DNA of 64,000 bases from Cenarchaeum sp. (GTDB lineage: Archaea > Thermoproteota > Nitrososphaeria > Nitrososphaerales > Nitrosopumilaceae): contig OY843768.1 in the NCBI GenBank assembly GCA_963693095.2, forward strand, positions 448,001 through 512,000. The letters run 5' to 3'. The position numbers and the translations under genes are program-made. The notes below the pieces were generated by a model that saw nothing but the letters and a program-made list of their open reading frames with translations, had not been told where the DNA came from and did no database searches. Positions 19,915 to 33,747 of the stretch are shown piece by piece (position 1 is the first letter of the stretch; each line of letters starts with the position of its first letter).

Positions 19915-19930
19915 AATTGGTTTATAACCA
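19915..19930 (+). promoter_or_regulatory. Probable rRNA operon TATA box (TTTATAA)
   Basis: AT-rich box ~210 nt upstream of 16S in a GC-rich intergenic region. Confidence 0.55.
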
Positions 19931-20134
19931 CTCGAATCGACAGTCCCGCTCGTGCGCGACGCAAGTGCGGCGCCCGTGGTGAGGTTTGGCAATGTGCCAT
20001 TCTGTGACCTGTGGGCCTCCAGTCTCGCATACAGAAATGAGGAGCTGACCTCAAGGTCAGCTCTGAGCATGTGAAGACAAGTGCATTCCGTCCAATTCAG
20101 TTTAGGTAAAAACTTCAATAATAAAAGAATCCAC

Positions 20135-21604
<1,470 letters not shown>

Positions 21605-21750
21605 TAGACCAGAATTGTGCACGGACGCACAAGTCTTCACAGCATCGATGCAATGCGTCACGAAAGTGACGTATGAAGGATGTAGTGGGTACCCCCCAGG
21701 GTACCTGCGATGATCGTCGTGCATAGTCGTGTAATATGTGGCTGAATATG

Positions 21751-24730
<2,980 letters not shown>

Positions 24731-24763
24731 TTCAGCCACTTACATAGAGACTATGCACGACGT

Positions 24764-24780
24764 CATTTTTTGATTTTTCC
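24764..24780 (+). terminator. Oligo-T terminator of the rRNA operon
   Basis: CATTTTTTGATTTTTCC follows the 23S processing stem. Confidence 0.55.
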
Positions 24781-24852
24781 TAGCGGACGCTATGCGCGAC
24801 ATTCGCGCCCCTGGCGGCTAGGTTTTTATTTTTGTGCCATGCGCGCCCCGCC

Positions 24853-25239
24853 ATGGCACGTGGAGAGGGTCACGAGTACCGCGCGTACGACAAGCGCTGC
24901 GAGAGGCTCCTAGGGGAGGATATGGTTCGCTTTGCCGGCGTCATCGACGCCGAGGGGCGCCTCGTGGCCGGCGGGTTTAGCGCCGACATATCGCCCCTCG
25001 AGCGCGACGAGGAGCGCCTGCGCTCGTTCATGAAGTTCATCTCGCGCATCACGATCAGCAACGAGCACGATGACAGCCTCGGGCCGGTAAACTATATCGC
25101 GGTTCGCCGCGACAAGGCGGTCCTTGTGAGCTTTCCGTTCCCAGTGAGCAGCGTCCTTCTCCTAGTATCTGCCGAGCCCGAAGTCGACATTGAGAGCATG
25201 GCATCGAGAATCGTGGACATATTTAGCGGGGTGAGCTAG
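24853..25239 (+). CDS. Roadblock/profilin-like protein (DUF6659-like)
   Basis: Pattern VRFAGVID..GRLVAGG...D.SLG.VNY...RR.K...SFP. Confidence 0.75.
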   Translation: MARGEGHEYRAYDKRCERLLGEDMVRFAGVIDAEGRLVAGGFSADISPLERDEERLRSFMKFISRITISNEHDDSLGPVNYIAVRRDKAVLVSFPFPVSSVLLLVSAEPEVDIESMASRIVDIFSGVS

Positions 25240-25704
25240 GTGGCCACTGCGAGGGCAACGTTTGCGGCTGGGTGCTTTTGGCATGTCGAGGAGGTGTTTC
25301 GCAGCATACCCGGAGTGCTCGACGCGAGATCCGGATACACCGGCGGCGACGAGAAAAACCCGACATACGAGCGTGTCTGCACTGGCCAGACTGGCCATGC
25401 CGAGTCAGTCACGGTGACATATGACGACTCTGCAGTTGACTATGCGCGCCTCCTTGAGGCATTCTGGTCATCGCATGACCCCACAACGCCAAACAGGCAG
25501 GGCCCGGACATTGGAACCCAGTACCGCTCGGCGATATTCTTTCACACGCCCGAGCAGGAGGCCGCCGCGCGCAGCTCGGCAGACTCCCTTGGGCGCTCGG
25601 GGCGACTCTCATCGCCCATAGTCACACAGATACTTCCGGCTCCCGAGTTTTACGATGCCGAAGAGTACCACCAGCAGTATATCCGCAAGGCGCGCCGCGC
25701 ATAG
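25240..25704 (+). CDS. msrA: Peptide-methionine (S)-S-oxide reductase
   Basis: Motifs [31 protein letters not shown] and AEEYHQ. Confidence 0.96.
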   Translation: MATARATFAAGCFWHVEEVFRSIPGVLDARSGYTGGDEKNPTYERVCTGQTGHAESVTVTYDDSAVDYARLLEAFWSSHDPTTPNRQGPDIGTQYRSAIFFHTPEQEAAARSSADSLGRSGRLSSPIVTQILPAPEFYDAEEYHQQYIRKARRA

Positions 25705-26017
25705 CGCGCGCGGTGCGGCGTGCCGGCCCTGAGATTGGCGCTACCTCTAGTCCGCCAAGGGTGTGCGCTGCCACGCCGTGCGGGCAGCTAGCCTGCAGCC
25801 GAGTGGGCGCTCCCTGATGGTGACCCGGATGGTGCCCCTGTGGGCAGATCCAGGATGGTGCGCCCCGCCGGCCGCGCAGGGCACGCTGTGGACATGCGTG
25901 CGCGCGTGGGCTCTAGCGGTGCGCCAGTCTAGCACATGTTCATGGCAGCATGTGCCCCCTTTGGGCTAGGGGGGGACGGTAAGGGTTAAATCCGCCCGTC
26001 TGCGCGTGTGCGCTAGA

Positions 26018-26503
26018 ATGGCAGAGCCACAAAAGATATCGTCGCTTGTCACCGGGGGCGAGGCCTCAGCCGGCCCCCCGCTCGGACCGGCACTAGGCCC
26101 GCTCGGAGTCAACATCATGGAGGTCATTGGCGCGATCAACGAAAAGACGGCCGACTTTAAGGGCATGAAGGTTCCCGTCACCGTCTCTGTTGACCCTGAC
26201 ACAAAAAAGTGGGACATTGAGATTGGCGTTCCATCCGTCGCGGCCCTTCTCCTAAAGGAGACCGGACTCCAAAAGGGCTCGGGCACGCCGGGCACCGAAT
26301 GGGTCGGTGACATTGGCATGGACGCAATAGCAAAGATTGCAAAGACAAAGATCGACGGCTCGTATGCGACATCGATAAAGTCAGTCGCAAAGTCAGTCAT
26401 CGGCACGTGCGTACCGCTCGGCATAAAGGTCGAGGGCAAGACGCCAAAAGAGATCACCGCCGAGATAAACGAGTCAAAGTGGGACGACGCGCTATCGTCG
26501 TGA
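26018..26503 (+). CDS. rpl11: 50S ribosomal protein L11
   Basis: Motifs GGEASAGPPLGPALGPLGVNI and FKGMKVPV. Confidence 0.96.
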   Translation: MAEPQKISSLVTGGEASAGPPLGPALGPLGVNIMEVIGAINEKTADFKGMKVPVTVSVDPDTKKWDIEIGVPSVAALLLKETGLQKGSGTPGTEWVGDIGMDAIAKIAKTKIDGSYATSIKSVAKSVIGTCVPLGIKVEGKTPKEITAEINESKWDDALSS

Positions 26504-26977
26504 TCGCGAGCCGGCCTTCTCGCCGACCTGCGCATACTGTGGAGCCCTTGCCCTCTTTTGGAGCTCGACTAGGGTCTCGGTTCCCTGAACGCCGGCTATC
26601 TTGCCGATCTTTTCTATGACGATTGTGTGCAGGGCCTCAAGGTCTGACGTGCGCAGCGTTGCGAGTATGTCAAACCTTCCGGTGACCTCGGCCATCTCGG
26701 TGACCTCGGGAACCGCGAGGATTGCCTTGTGGACCTGCGCCTTGGCCTTTGGGTCGCGGTTTATGCCGATCGTGGCCCGCACGCCGATGCCGAGCATCGA
26801 GTCATCAACCTCTATCGTAAAGCGCACGATGAGGCCCTTCTCCTTCATGCGCTTTATGCGGCTATAGAGAACCGACGAGTTGACGCCCATCTTTTTTGCC
26901 AGGTTTGGTATCGAGACAGAGCCGTCATCGGTGAGCTCGCGCAGGAGCTTCATGTCCATGTCGTCAAAATCGGCCAA
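26492..26977 (-). CDS. Lrp/AsnC family transcriptional regulator
   Basis: N-terminal HTH (DDMDMKLL...RIKRM..KGLI) and a RAM domain with VTGRFDI. Confidence 0.92.
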   Translation of the reverse strand: MADFDDMDMKLLRELTDDGSVSIPNLAKKMGVNSSVLYSRIKRMKEKGLIVRFTIEVDDSMLGIGVRATIGINRDPKAKAQVHKAILAVPEVTEMAEVTGRFDILATLRTSDLEALHTIVIEKIGKIAGVQGTETLVELQKRARAPQYAQVGEKAGSRSRR

Positions 26978-27100
26978 CGCGCAGGACGCAATCCCGCCAC
27001 TTCTTTAATAAACCTAGTTTGGCCTGCGGCCCCTGCGGGCATGCCGTGGGCCTTGAGCCCCATGCGCCCATAAACGGTTTTAATAGGGCCGAGCCGGCGT

Positions 27101-27760
27101 GTGCCCAAATTGGCTAGCGAGTCAGACCTCTCGGAGATGATCCAGAGGGCAAAGGAGGCATCAGGGACCAAAAAGTTCAGGCAGTCCGTCGAGCTCATCA
27201 TCGTGTTTCGGGACATTGACGTCAAGAAGGGCTTTGCGATCAACGAGGTCGTGCAGCTCCCAAAGACGAGCGCGCCGGCGGCCGTGTGCGTCATGGCCTC
27301 TGGCGACATGGGCATCAAGGCAAAGGAGGCAAAGGCCGACATGGTCATCGATGCCGAGGAGCTTGGGCGCCTGGGGACCAACAAGCGCGAGTCTCGCAAG
27401 TTCGTCAACCGTTATGACTTTTTCCTCGCTGACACAAAGCTAATGCCGACAGTCGGCAAGGTTCTCGGGCAGATACTCGGCCCGCGCGGCAAGATGCCGA
27501 CGCCTGTTCCGTTCAACGCGCCGATAGCTTCGTTCCTTGAGCGCTTCAAGTCCTCCACGCTCATACGAATGCGCAACTCGCTGGCCCTCTCGTGCAAGAT
27601 TGGCGATGAGACGATGGCCGACTCTGACCTTGCGGCCAACGCAATGACAATAGTCTCGGCCGTCGAGAAAAAGCTGCCAAACGGCGAGAAAAACGTCAAA
27701 AAGATAATGGTAAAGACAACAATGGGCAAGATCGTGCAGCCCGCACCGCAGGCAAAGTGA
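27101..27760 (+). CDS. rpl1: 50S ribosomal protein L1
   Basis: Motifs KFRQSVELI, LGPRGKMP and VKTTMG. Confidence 0.96.
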   Translation: MPKLASESDLSEMIQRAKEASGTKKFRQSVELIIVFRDIDVKKGFAINEVVQLPKTSAPAAVCVMASGDMGIKAKEAKADMVIDAEELGRLGTNKRESRKFVNRYDFFLADTKLMPTVGKVLGQILGPRGKMPTPVPFNAPIASFLERFKSSTLIRMRNSLALSCKIGDETMADSDLAANAMTIVSAVEKKLPNGEKNVKKIMVKTTMGKIVQPAPQAK

Positions 27761-27761
27761 C

Positions 27762-28628
27762 ATGTATGAAAATCGCCAGAAATGGCCTGCCAAAAAGGAG
27801 CGAATGTACGCGCAACTCCAAGAGCTGCCCACAAAGTACAGCGTCATGGCACTCGTCCGCCTAGAAAAGGTTCGCGCGTCGCAGATGCTCTCGCTGCGAA
27901 AGAGAATGCACGGCCAGGTCGAGTTTGTCAGCATAAAGGGCAAGGTGACAAAAAAGGCACTCGCGGGAATTAACGTTCCTGGCATTGCCGAGATCGCCGC
28001 CCAGGTCAAGGGCCAGTGCATGTTCATGTTCACAAACATGTCGCCATTCAAGCTAAACGTCCTCTTGGCGAGCAACAAGGTGATGCTGCCCGCTCGCGGG
28101 GGCGACACGGCGAGCATCGACGTCATCATCACCGCAAAGAACACGGGCATAGCTCCAGGTCCCATGCTCACCGAGTTCAAGGAGGCAAACGTGCCAACAA
28201 AGATAGACCAGGGCACGATCTGGATAACAAAGGACACCGTTGCGGCAAAGCGCGGTGACACGATATCATCAAAGCTTGCGGCGCTTTTGGGCAAGCTCGA
28301 CATCAGGGCCGTAGAGGCCGGAGTCGAGCTCGCCGGCGCACTAGAGGCCGGCAAGACATACACGCGCGACGAGCTAGTCGTCGACGTCGCCGCGGTCCGT
28401 GATGCGCTCGCCGCTGCCCACCAGGAGGCAATGTCGCTCTCAGTCGAGGCCGGCCTCATCACCGCCGAGAACGCCCCACTCGTGCTTGCTCGCGCCGCGC
28501 GCGCCGCCGAGTCACTGGCATCCGAGTCCGGATACGTATCGCCAGACACTGCGGCCAGCGTGCTTGCGCGAGCAAACGCGGCAGCGCGCGGCGTGGCGTC
28601 TGCGGCAAAGGGCTACGAGTCTGCCTAG
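27762..28628 (+). CDS. rpl10: 50S ribosomal protein L10 (P0)
   Basis: Motifs ARGGD.A..D, NTGIAPGP and TKIDQG.I.I.KD; follows rpl1. Confidence 0.94.
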   Translation: MYENRQKWPAKKERMYAQLQELPTKYSVMALVRLEKVRASQMLSLRKRMHGQVEFVSIKGKVTKKALAGINVPGIAEIAAQVKGQCMFMFTNMSPFKLNVLLASNKVMLPARGGDTASIDVIITAKNTGIAPGPMLTEFKEANVPTKIDQGTIWITKDTVAAKRGDTISSKLAALLGKLDIRAVEAGVELAGALEAGKTYTRDELVVDVAAVRDALAAAHQEAMSLSVEAGLITAENAPLVLARAARAAESLASESGYVSPDTAASVLARANAAARGVASAAKGYESA

Positions 28629-28719
28629 GGACTAGGGGGTTATTGCTCCCAGTGTGTGCTCTGCGTGAGGCTCTCGTGCCACTCTTGCGTTATAAAGCGA
28701 GCATTTGCCCGGTGTTGAC

Positions 28720-28836
28720 CTGCGATTGACACTCTGCTCACAAATAGCGTTAAATTGGGTGTGCCTGTCATGTGGCGCATGGTGGGAACGCAAAGTCTGT
28801 GGCGTGGGAACCGCATAGCCGGTCTCAGAGCACGTG
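28720..28836 (+). repeat. Diverged direct repeat, copy 1 (promoter/leader)
   Basis: CTGCGATTGAC...AGCGTTAAATTGGGT...GGCGCATG...GCACGTG aligns with 29720-29833. Confidence 0.85.
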
Positions 28837-28897
28837 CGACAGGCCGATCTGTGGGTCAGGGTGCGGATTGTGTTGTTCTAACGGGGGGGCGTTTGGC

Positions 28898-29377
28898 ATG
28901 ATGCGCACAGAACCGTTTGAGTCCGTAAACTTGCCCATACTGCTTCTTGGCACCCTGGGCACGATCAGGCGCAGGCCTCGACTGGAAAAGCTGGCCTTTC
29001 TATGCGATATGGAGATCTTCAAAAAGATCAAGGTGTATGACGACTGGCTGCCATACATGTTCGGCCCGTTTAGCACAAAGCTCCATGATGACATGTCTGA
29101 CCTCGCATCACGGCATATTGTGGCCGTGAATACTGTTGAGGGCGGATTTGAAGATGGCACATGCAAATATTCGCTAACGTCCGTCGGGCGTAAAAAATAT
29201 GGCCAGCTCCTAGCTCAGTATGTTGACAAAGTCGCGCGCATCCATGAGATGCTTCTCTCATACAATTACATGGAAACAACCGTTCCGCTCATGGAACGCG
29301 TATACAAGAAATATCCAAAATTCTCATCAAGTATGTTGACATACGAGGAAGCGACAAACGCTAGAAACGGGAGCTGA
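28898..29377 (+). CDS. DUF4065/YwgA-like (Panacea/SocA-like) winged-helix protein
   Basis: Motif RPRLEKLAFL...W.PYMFGPFS..L.DD...Y.LT..G...VYKKYP. Confidence 0.72.
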   Translation: MMRTEPFESVNLPILLLGTLGTIRRRPRLEKLAFLCDMEIFKKIKVYDDWLPYMFGPFSTKLHDDMSDLASRHIVAVNTVEGGFEDGTCKYSLTSVGRKKYGQLLAQYVDKVARIHEMLLSYNYMETTVPLMERVYKKYPKFSSSMLTYEEATNARNGS

Positions 29378-29425
29378 TCGCCTGTTGTCATTCCATAATT
29401 CTACATTGCAGGAAATTGTCACCAC

Positions 29426-29532
29426 GATGACGCGGTTGGAGACTGAACAGTTTGTGTTTGTGGGGACATTTGAGCTGATTACGGGCGTTATCGCATTTTT
29501 GGGACTCCTGTTTGCCTTGAGCCGCAGAATAG
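29426..29532 (+). pseudogene. Single-TM protein gene apparently truncated by the adjacent IS remnant (the frame reads on to 29753)
   Basis: MTRLETEQFVFVGTFELITGVIAFLGLLFALSRRID is AT-rich, then the DNA becomes abruptly GC-rich. Confidence 0.4.
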
Positions 29533-29712
29533 ATGATGGCGTACAACGCGTGGATCCTCGCAAAGTGGGAGCTCTCCGCCGGCCAGCGGCGGGGCCGCGG
29601 AGGGGGGAGGGAGCCGACCCTGGTGGAGTTCATGGCCTGGATCGGCGGGGCCTGCTCATGCGTGCGCCCCCGGAAGCCGCCCCCATGGCTGACCGTGAGG
29701 GTCGGCACATGA
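29533..29712 (+). mobile_element. 3' remnant of an IS4-superfamily (ISH3-like) transposase
   Basis: The alternative frame reads MMAYNAWILAKWEL...PTLVEFMAW...RKPPP. YNAW plus a terminal Pro-rich tail resembles C-termini of such transposases. Confidence 0.5.
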
Positions 29713-29719
29713 TCATATG

Positions 29720-29833
29720 CTGCGATTGCCATTTTGCTCATAAACAGCGTTAAATTGGGTATGCGCTTCATGCGGCGCATGTCAGGGACGCAGTCTGCGG
29801 CATGGGGGACGCATGGTCGGCATCGGGCACGTG
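29720..29833 (+). repeat. Diverged direct repeat, copy 2
   Basis: Aligns with 28720-28836; the starts are 1000 nt apart. Confidence 0.85.
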
Positions 29834-30027
29834 TGGGGAGGTGCCACCAACACAGCGCAGCAGGCAGGGAGTCTGCCATGATGCGACGCATGGAAGGAAT
29901 GAGCCTGCTGCACTGCCAACTAGGTCATGCGATCACATTTCTGGCCTGGATTGCCGCGGCTGCCGTGATGCCGGGTCGCGTGATGCGCGATGGTGTCTAT
30001 CTGTTACAGGGGTGCCGGGTGACATAA

Positions 30028-33000
30028 ATGGCACCAAATGCGCCATTCAGGCCTAGTCGTGGAGACAGATCTGGCAAACCCGACATTGCCTCTGCGCAAA
30101 ACGAGATGCTTCGCCTTCGGGCTCTTCTTACGCCTAGGGTAAATGAGGACAATATTCGCCATCGTGTGTGGAACATACTGGAATCGCTGTTTCCCAACTA
30201 TCCGGTCTTTGGACAGACGGAAACTGGAAATGGCCCGGCAGATCTTGTGTGCAACAATATTGTTATTGAAACCAAGGCTCCCGGCACTGAACTTGACTCG
30301 CGATCGTCTAACCCGCTAGACGAAACGCCAAAAGAACAGGCTGTTCGATATATTGACGCCATATCCCCACAACAAACACTCGACGGTCACGTACAGGGGT
30401 GGAAGGCTTGCATCACAAACGGACACACTTGGCAGTTTTACGACTATGACGCAACATTGGGCGATCAAGGCACCGAGTCACGACTCACCAACCCCCACAC
30501 GATCACATGTGACAATGACACGCACTGTATGGAGGTGCTCGACTATCTCTATAATTTTGTAAACAGGACGGCCCGCCCCATGCCGCCGATTGATGTGGGT
30601 TGGGTTGAGGTGCTAGAGGACGAGATTGTCAAAGCTGCCAAATCCGTCCAAAGCAATCCTGGATTTAACGTCAAGCTTAGGCTCTGGAAACGGCTGCTGA
30701 GGGGCTCACACATGCTTTCACTCATAGACGATTCTGACAAAATTGCCCTGTTTGCCAAGCATACGCTATTGATCATAATATCTCGCATAATACTGGACAT
30801 CTTGAAGCCCCGTACCGGCGTCCCGTCGAGCAGGCGTCGAAAGCAAATTCTTGACGGTTTCCCGGGATGGCTCCTGGACTCGTACACAAAAGGGGGCAAT
30901 CAGCTCTATGCCAAAATCTTCCAGACTGTCTCCACATATGAGTGGCGTGCGGCAGGCAGGGACGTGCTAAAAGATCTATACCATAACACAATCCCGGCCT
31001 CTCTGCGGCATGCATATGGCGAATACTATACGCCTGACTGGCTAGCCCAGGCCATGTGCGAACGTGTCCTGGACGACCTTTGGTGCCGTAATGCCCTAAA
31101 AAATGGGATGGATGACATTTACGATCACATGGTTATGGATCCGTCGTGCGGCTCTGGCACATTTTTGTATCATGCGGTTCGCAGACTTCAAAACGTGGCA
31201 GGGCAGATCCCTGGGCTAAAGGACGATCTCCAGCACCAGTCAGACATTATAACAAAACTGGTTGTGGGCATTGACATCCACCCTGTTGCAGTCGAGCTTG
31301 CAAAGGCAACCAAAATAATGGCTCTCTCCCAAATGCCTTCGACAACTGCAAGTCTGAACCACAATGTCTTTCTTGGTGACAGTGTCCAGTGGGACGCAAA
31401 AACTGAGGCAAAGGCTCTAAATGTGATCTTGACTCAAATCCCGGTCGACGATACCAATAATGTGTTTTTCCCGTCTGATGTGCTGCTCGGTGAAAACGTT
31501 GAGGATCAAATTTCCTCTTTTTTTCGCATAGTCGAAAAGCCTGATAATTCGTTCAAGCCAGAATTGGCAGTTCAGCTTTTTGGACTAGAGTCAAACGACA
31601 TTTACAGACGATACATACTTGAGGCATGTTCGTTCTTTCACCGTGAAATTATGAATCACCGCAATCATGTGTGGAAATCATACTTGATGAACCTGATTCA
31701 ACCGTTTAAATTCAGGCAAAATGCCCATTCTGACACTCCTGGACATAACCGCTTGATTGGAAATCCACCCTGGGTAGTGTTTAATTCAATGCATGATGAT
31801 AAACTGCGTCAAGACGAATTTCGAAAACACGCAATCGATCGTGGTGTCTGGGCAGGGGGCAACCTTGCCACCCAAAATGATCTGGCCGCAACATTTGCCG
31901 CCACCTGCGTTGATCACTATATTGGCGAGGCTGACAAGTTTGGGTTCGTCCTGCCGTACTCTGCATTGAAGGGAAGGCAATGGGCGTTATTTAGAACCGG
32001 CAGGTGGGACTCTAAGAAAAGTAACCTGGAGTCTCGGATGGCTAGCCTGACTGAAGCGTGGGATCTCTCCAAAGTCAACGATCCTCCGTTTAAACAGGCA
32101 AGCTCGTGTGTTGTGTTTGGAACAAAAGAAAAAACCCCCTCTGCACTGACAGAAAGCAACATGAAAATTTTCCAAAACCATGACGACAAAAAAATTCTAC
32201 GGACCATGCGCTGGCCTGCAGTAAAGCTAGCCCTTGACATGCACAAACCACGAATCTGGCACACGGCCTCTAGTGAGTATTCTGGAGCTTTTCGCAACGG
32301 TGCCACGATCTTTCCCCAAACGCTCATTGTGTGCGATGGGGACGAAACACACGTTCGCAACAAGTACACTATATTCAAAACACGCTCCTCAAAAGGCGCC
32401 TGGCAAAACCTTGTGCAGGAGGGCAAGGTCGAAAACTCCTTTATCTACATGGGGGTGTTCTCAAAAAATGTCATTCCGTTTGGCATTGCAGGCTTTGAAC
32501 GCGTTGTTGCCCCTGACATTGTGGATCGCAAATTACGGACAAATGCCCTTCCGCCGGGGAAAGACGCATCACTATTTCGCAATTTTTGGACACTGGCCGA
32601 GCTGCTCTATTCTGAGCACAAGCCTGCCTCTGCCCCTGAAACACTTGCCGAACAGCTCGACTATAGCGGAAAATTCTCATCACAGTTTTCTCTGCGCGCT
32701 CATGTCCATAAGGTGATCTACAACAAAAGCGGCTCAATTCTGCAATCCGCTGTAATTCCGGCCACTGATGCCCAGGCGCCGATTGTGGTGGATGGGACTA
32801 ACTATTGGTACTCGTCAAGGAGCCTTGATGAATTGCATTATCTGTGCGCAATTTTCAATTCTACGCATTTGCAAAAGTTTTTCTCTGAGGCATGCAGGAT
32901 GTCGGATCGTGATTTTCACACAGGTCCTGTCGAAAACCTCCCAATGCCCAAGTTTGATTCCAAAAACAAGCTTCATAAAAAATTAGCTGCCCTTTCTCGA

Positions 33001-33153
33001 TCAACTCACAGGCGTGTGGAATCTCTGCTAAAAAATAACCTCGATGGACTGGGCTACCATGATGTTGTATCGGACAAAAAGGTGGCCACTAGCATGACTT
33101 TAATCAACAATATCGTGGACAAGTTATTTCCAAAACAGTCTCTTGCGCCATGA
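30028..33153 (+). CDS. Type IIG/IIL-like fused restriction endonuclease / N6-adenine methyltransferase / TRD
   Basis: N-terminal PD-(D/E)xK-like GPADL...VIETK, GEYYTP, motif I DPSCGSGTFL, motif IV GNPPW, and C-terminal YLCAIFNS...LPMP; AT-richer DNA. Confidence 0.9.
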   Translation: MAPNAPFRPSRGDRSGKPDIASAQNEMLRLRALLTPRVNEDNIRHRVWNILESLFPNYPVFGQTETGNGPADLVCNNIVIETKAPGTELDSRSSNPLDETPKEQAVRYIDAISPQQTLDGHVQGWKACITNGHTWQFYDYDATLGDQGTESRLTNPHTITCDNDTHCMEVLDYLYNFVNRTARPMPPIDVGWVEVLEDEIVKAAKSVQSNPGFNVKLRLWKRLLRGSHMLSLIDDSDKIALFAKHTLLIIISRIILDILKPRTGVPSSRRRKQILDGFPGWLLDSYTKGGNQLYAKIFQTVSTYEWRAAGRDVLKDLYHNTIPASLRHAYGEYYTPDWLAQAMCERVLDDLWCRNALKNGMDDIYDHMVMDPSCGSGTFLYHAVRRLQNVAGQIPGLKDDLQHQSDIITKLVVGIDIHPVAVELAKATKIMALSQMPSTTASLNHNVFLGDSVQWDAKTEAKALNVILTQIPVDDTNNVFFPSDVLLGENVEDQISSFFRIVEKPDNSFKPELAVQLFGLESNDIYRRYILEACSFFHREIMNHRNHVWKSYLMNLIQPFKFRQNAHSDTPGHNRLIGNPPWVVFNSMHDDKLRQDEFRKHAIDRGVWAGGNLATQNDLAATFAATCVDHYIGEADKFGFVLPYSALKGRQWALFRTGRWDSKKSNLESRMASLTEAWDLSKVNDPPFKQASSCVVFGTKEKTPSALTESNMKIFQNHDDKKILRTMRWPAVKLALDMHKPRIWHTASSEYSGAFRNGATIFPQTLIVCDGDETHVRNKYTIFKTRSSKGAWQNLVQEGKVENSFIYMGVFSKNVIPFGIAGFERVVAPDIVDRKLRTNALPPGKDASLFRNFWTLAELLYSEHKPASAPETLAEQLDYSGKFSSQFSLRAHVHKVIYNKSGSILQSAVIPATDAQAPIVVDGTNYWYSSRSLDELHYLCAIFNSTHLQKFFSEACRMSDRDFHTGPVENLPMPKFDSKNKLHKKLAALSRSTHRRVESLLKNNLDGLGYHDVVSDKKVATSMTLINNIVDKLFPKQSLAP

Positions 33154-33290
33154 CCGGCTCACACGTGTGGGGGCGCTGCCTTCACATTTGGGTTGTCATT
33201 AATGCGTCAATTCACAGAGTCGTGTGCTGTGAGTTCGTGCCGTACGCCCGCACAGGTTAATACTCGGTGTCCTGTGCGCGCATGCCGGGA

Positions 33291-33710
33291 ATGGGATACC
33301 GGTATGTTGACCATGTGACTGATGTCATCGTGGAAGTCGATGCGGCTAGCATTGATGACGCGTTTGCAGAGGCCGCTCACGCCGTGGCCGACATTACGCT
33401 AAACCAGTCCAGCGTTGCCGAGCGCGAGACGCGACCCATTGCAGCAGGTGGGCCGAACATGCACCACGCGCTCCTTGACTGGCTAGAGGCGGCAAACCTT
33501 GTGATGATAACTGACGGGTTTGCGGTGCGAAGGTTTGAGGCGCGCGTCTCGGGGAACGGCCCCTGTGTGGTGCGCGGCATTGCGCACGGTGAGCCACTGG
33601 ACATTCAAAGGCACGGGTTCCGTGTCGAGGTAAAGGCCCCGACATTTCACATGATGGACATTACCGAGTCGCCGGATCGCGTGTCACTGCGGTTTCTGCT
33701 TGATCTGTGA
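33291..33710 (+). CDS. Archease
   Basis: Motifs YRYVDHVTD, GE.LD..RH...EVKAPTFH and C-terminal LDL. Confidence 0.93.
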   Translation: MGYRYVDHVTDVIVEVDAASIDDAFAEAAHAVADITLNQSSVAERETRPIAAGGPNMHHALLDWLEAANLVMITDGFAVRRFEARVSGNGPCVVRGIAHGEPLDIQRHGFRVEVKAPTFHMMDITESPDRVSLRFLLDL

Positions 33711-33747
33711 CGCGCGTGCCCGTTTCTGTGCATGGGTTTTGCGGACG

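Noticed and set aside
26492-26977. Lrp regulator interrupting the rpl11-rpl1 cluster
   Set aside because: It has host-like composition and, as far as I recall, this is the usual arrangement in Nitrosopumilaceae.
28625-28650. CTAG-GGA-CTAG-GGGGTTA after rpl10 (and CTGGGGGTTA at ~10223) as IS ends or target duplications
   Set aside because: No matching inverted partner was found, and CTAG is very common in this genome.
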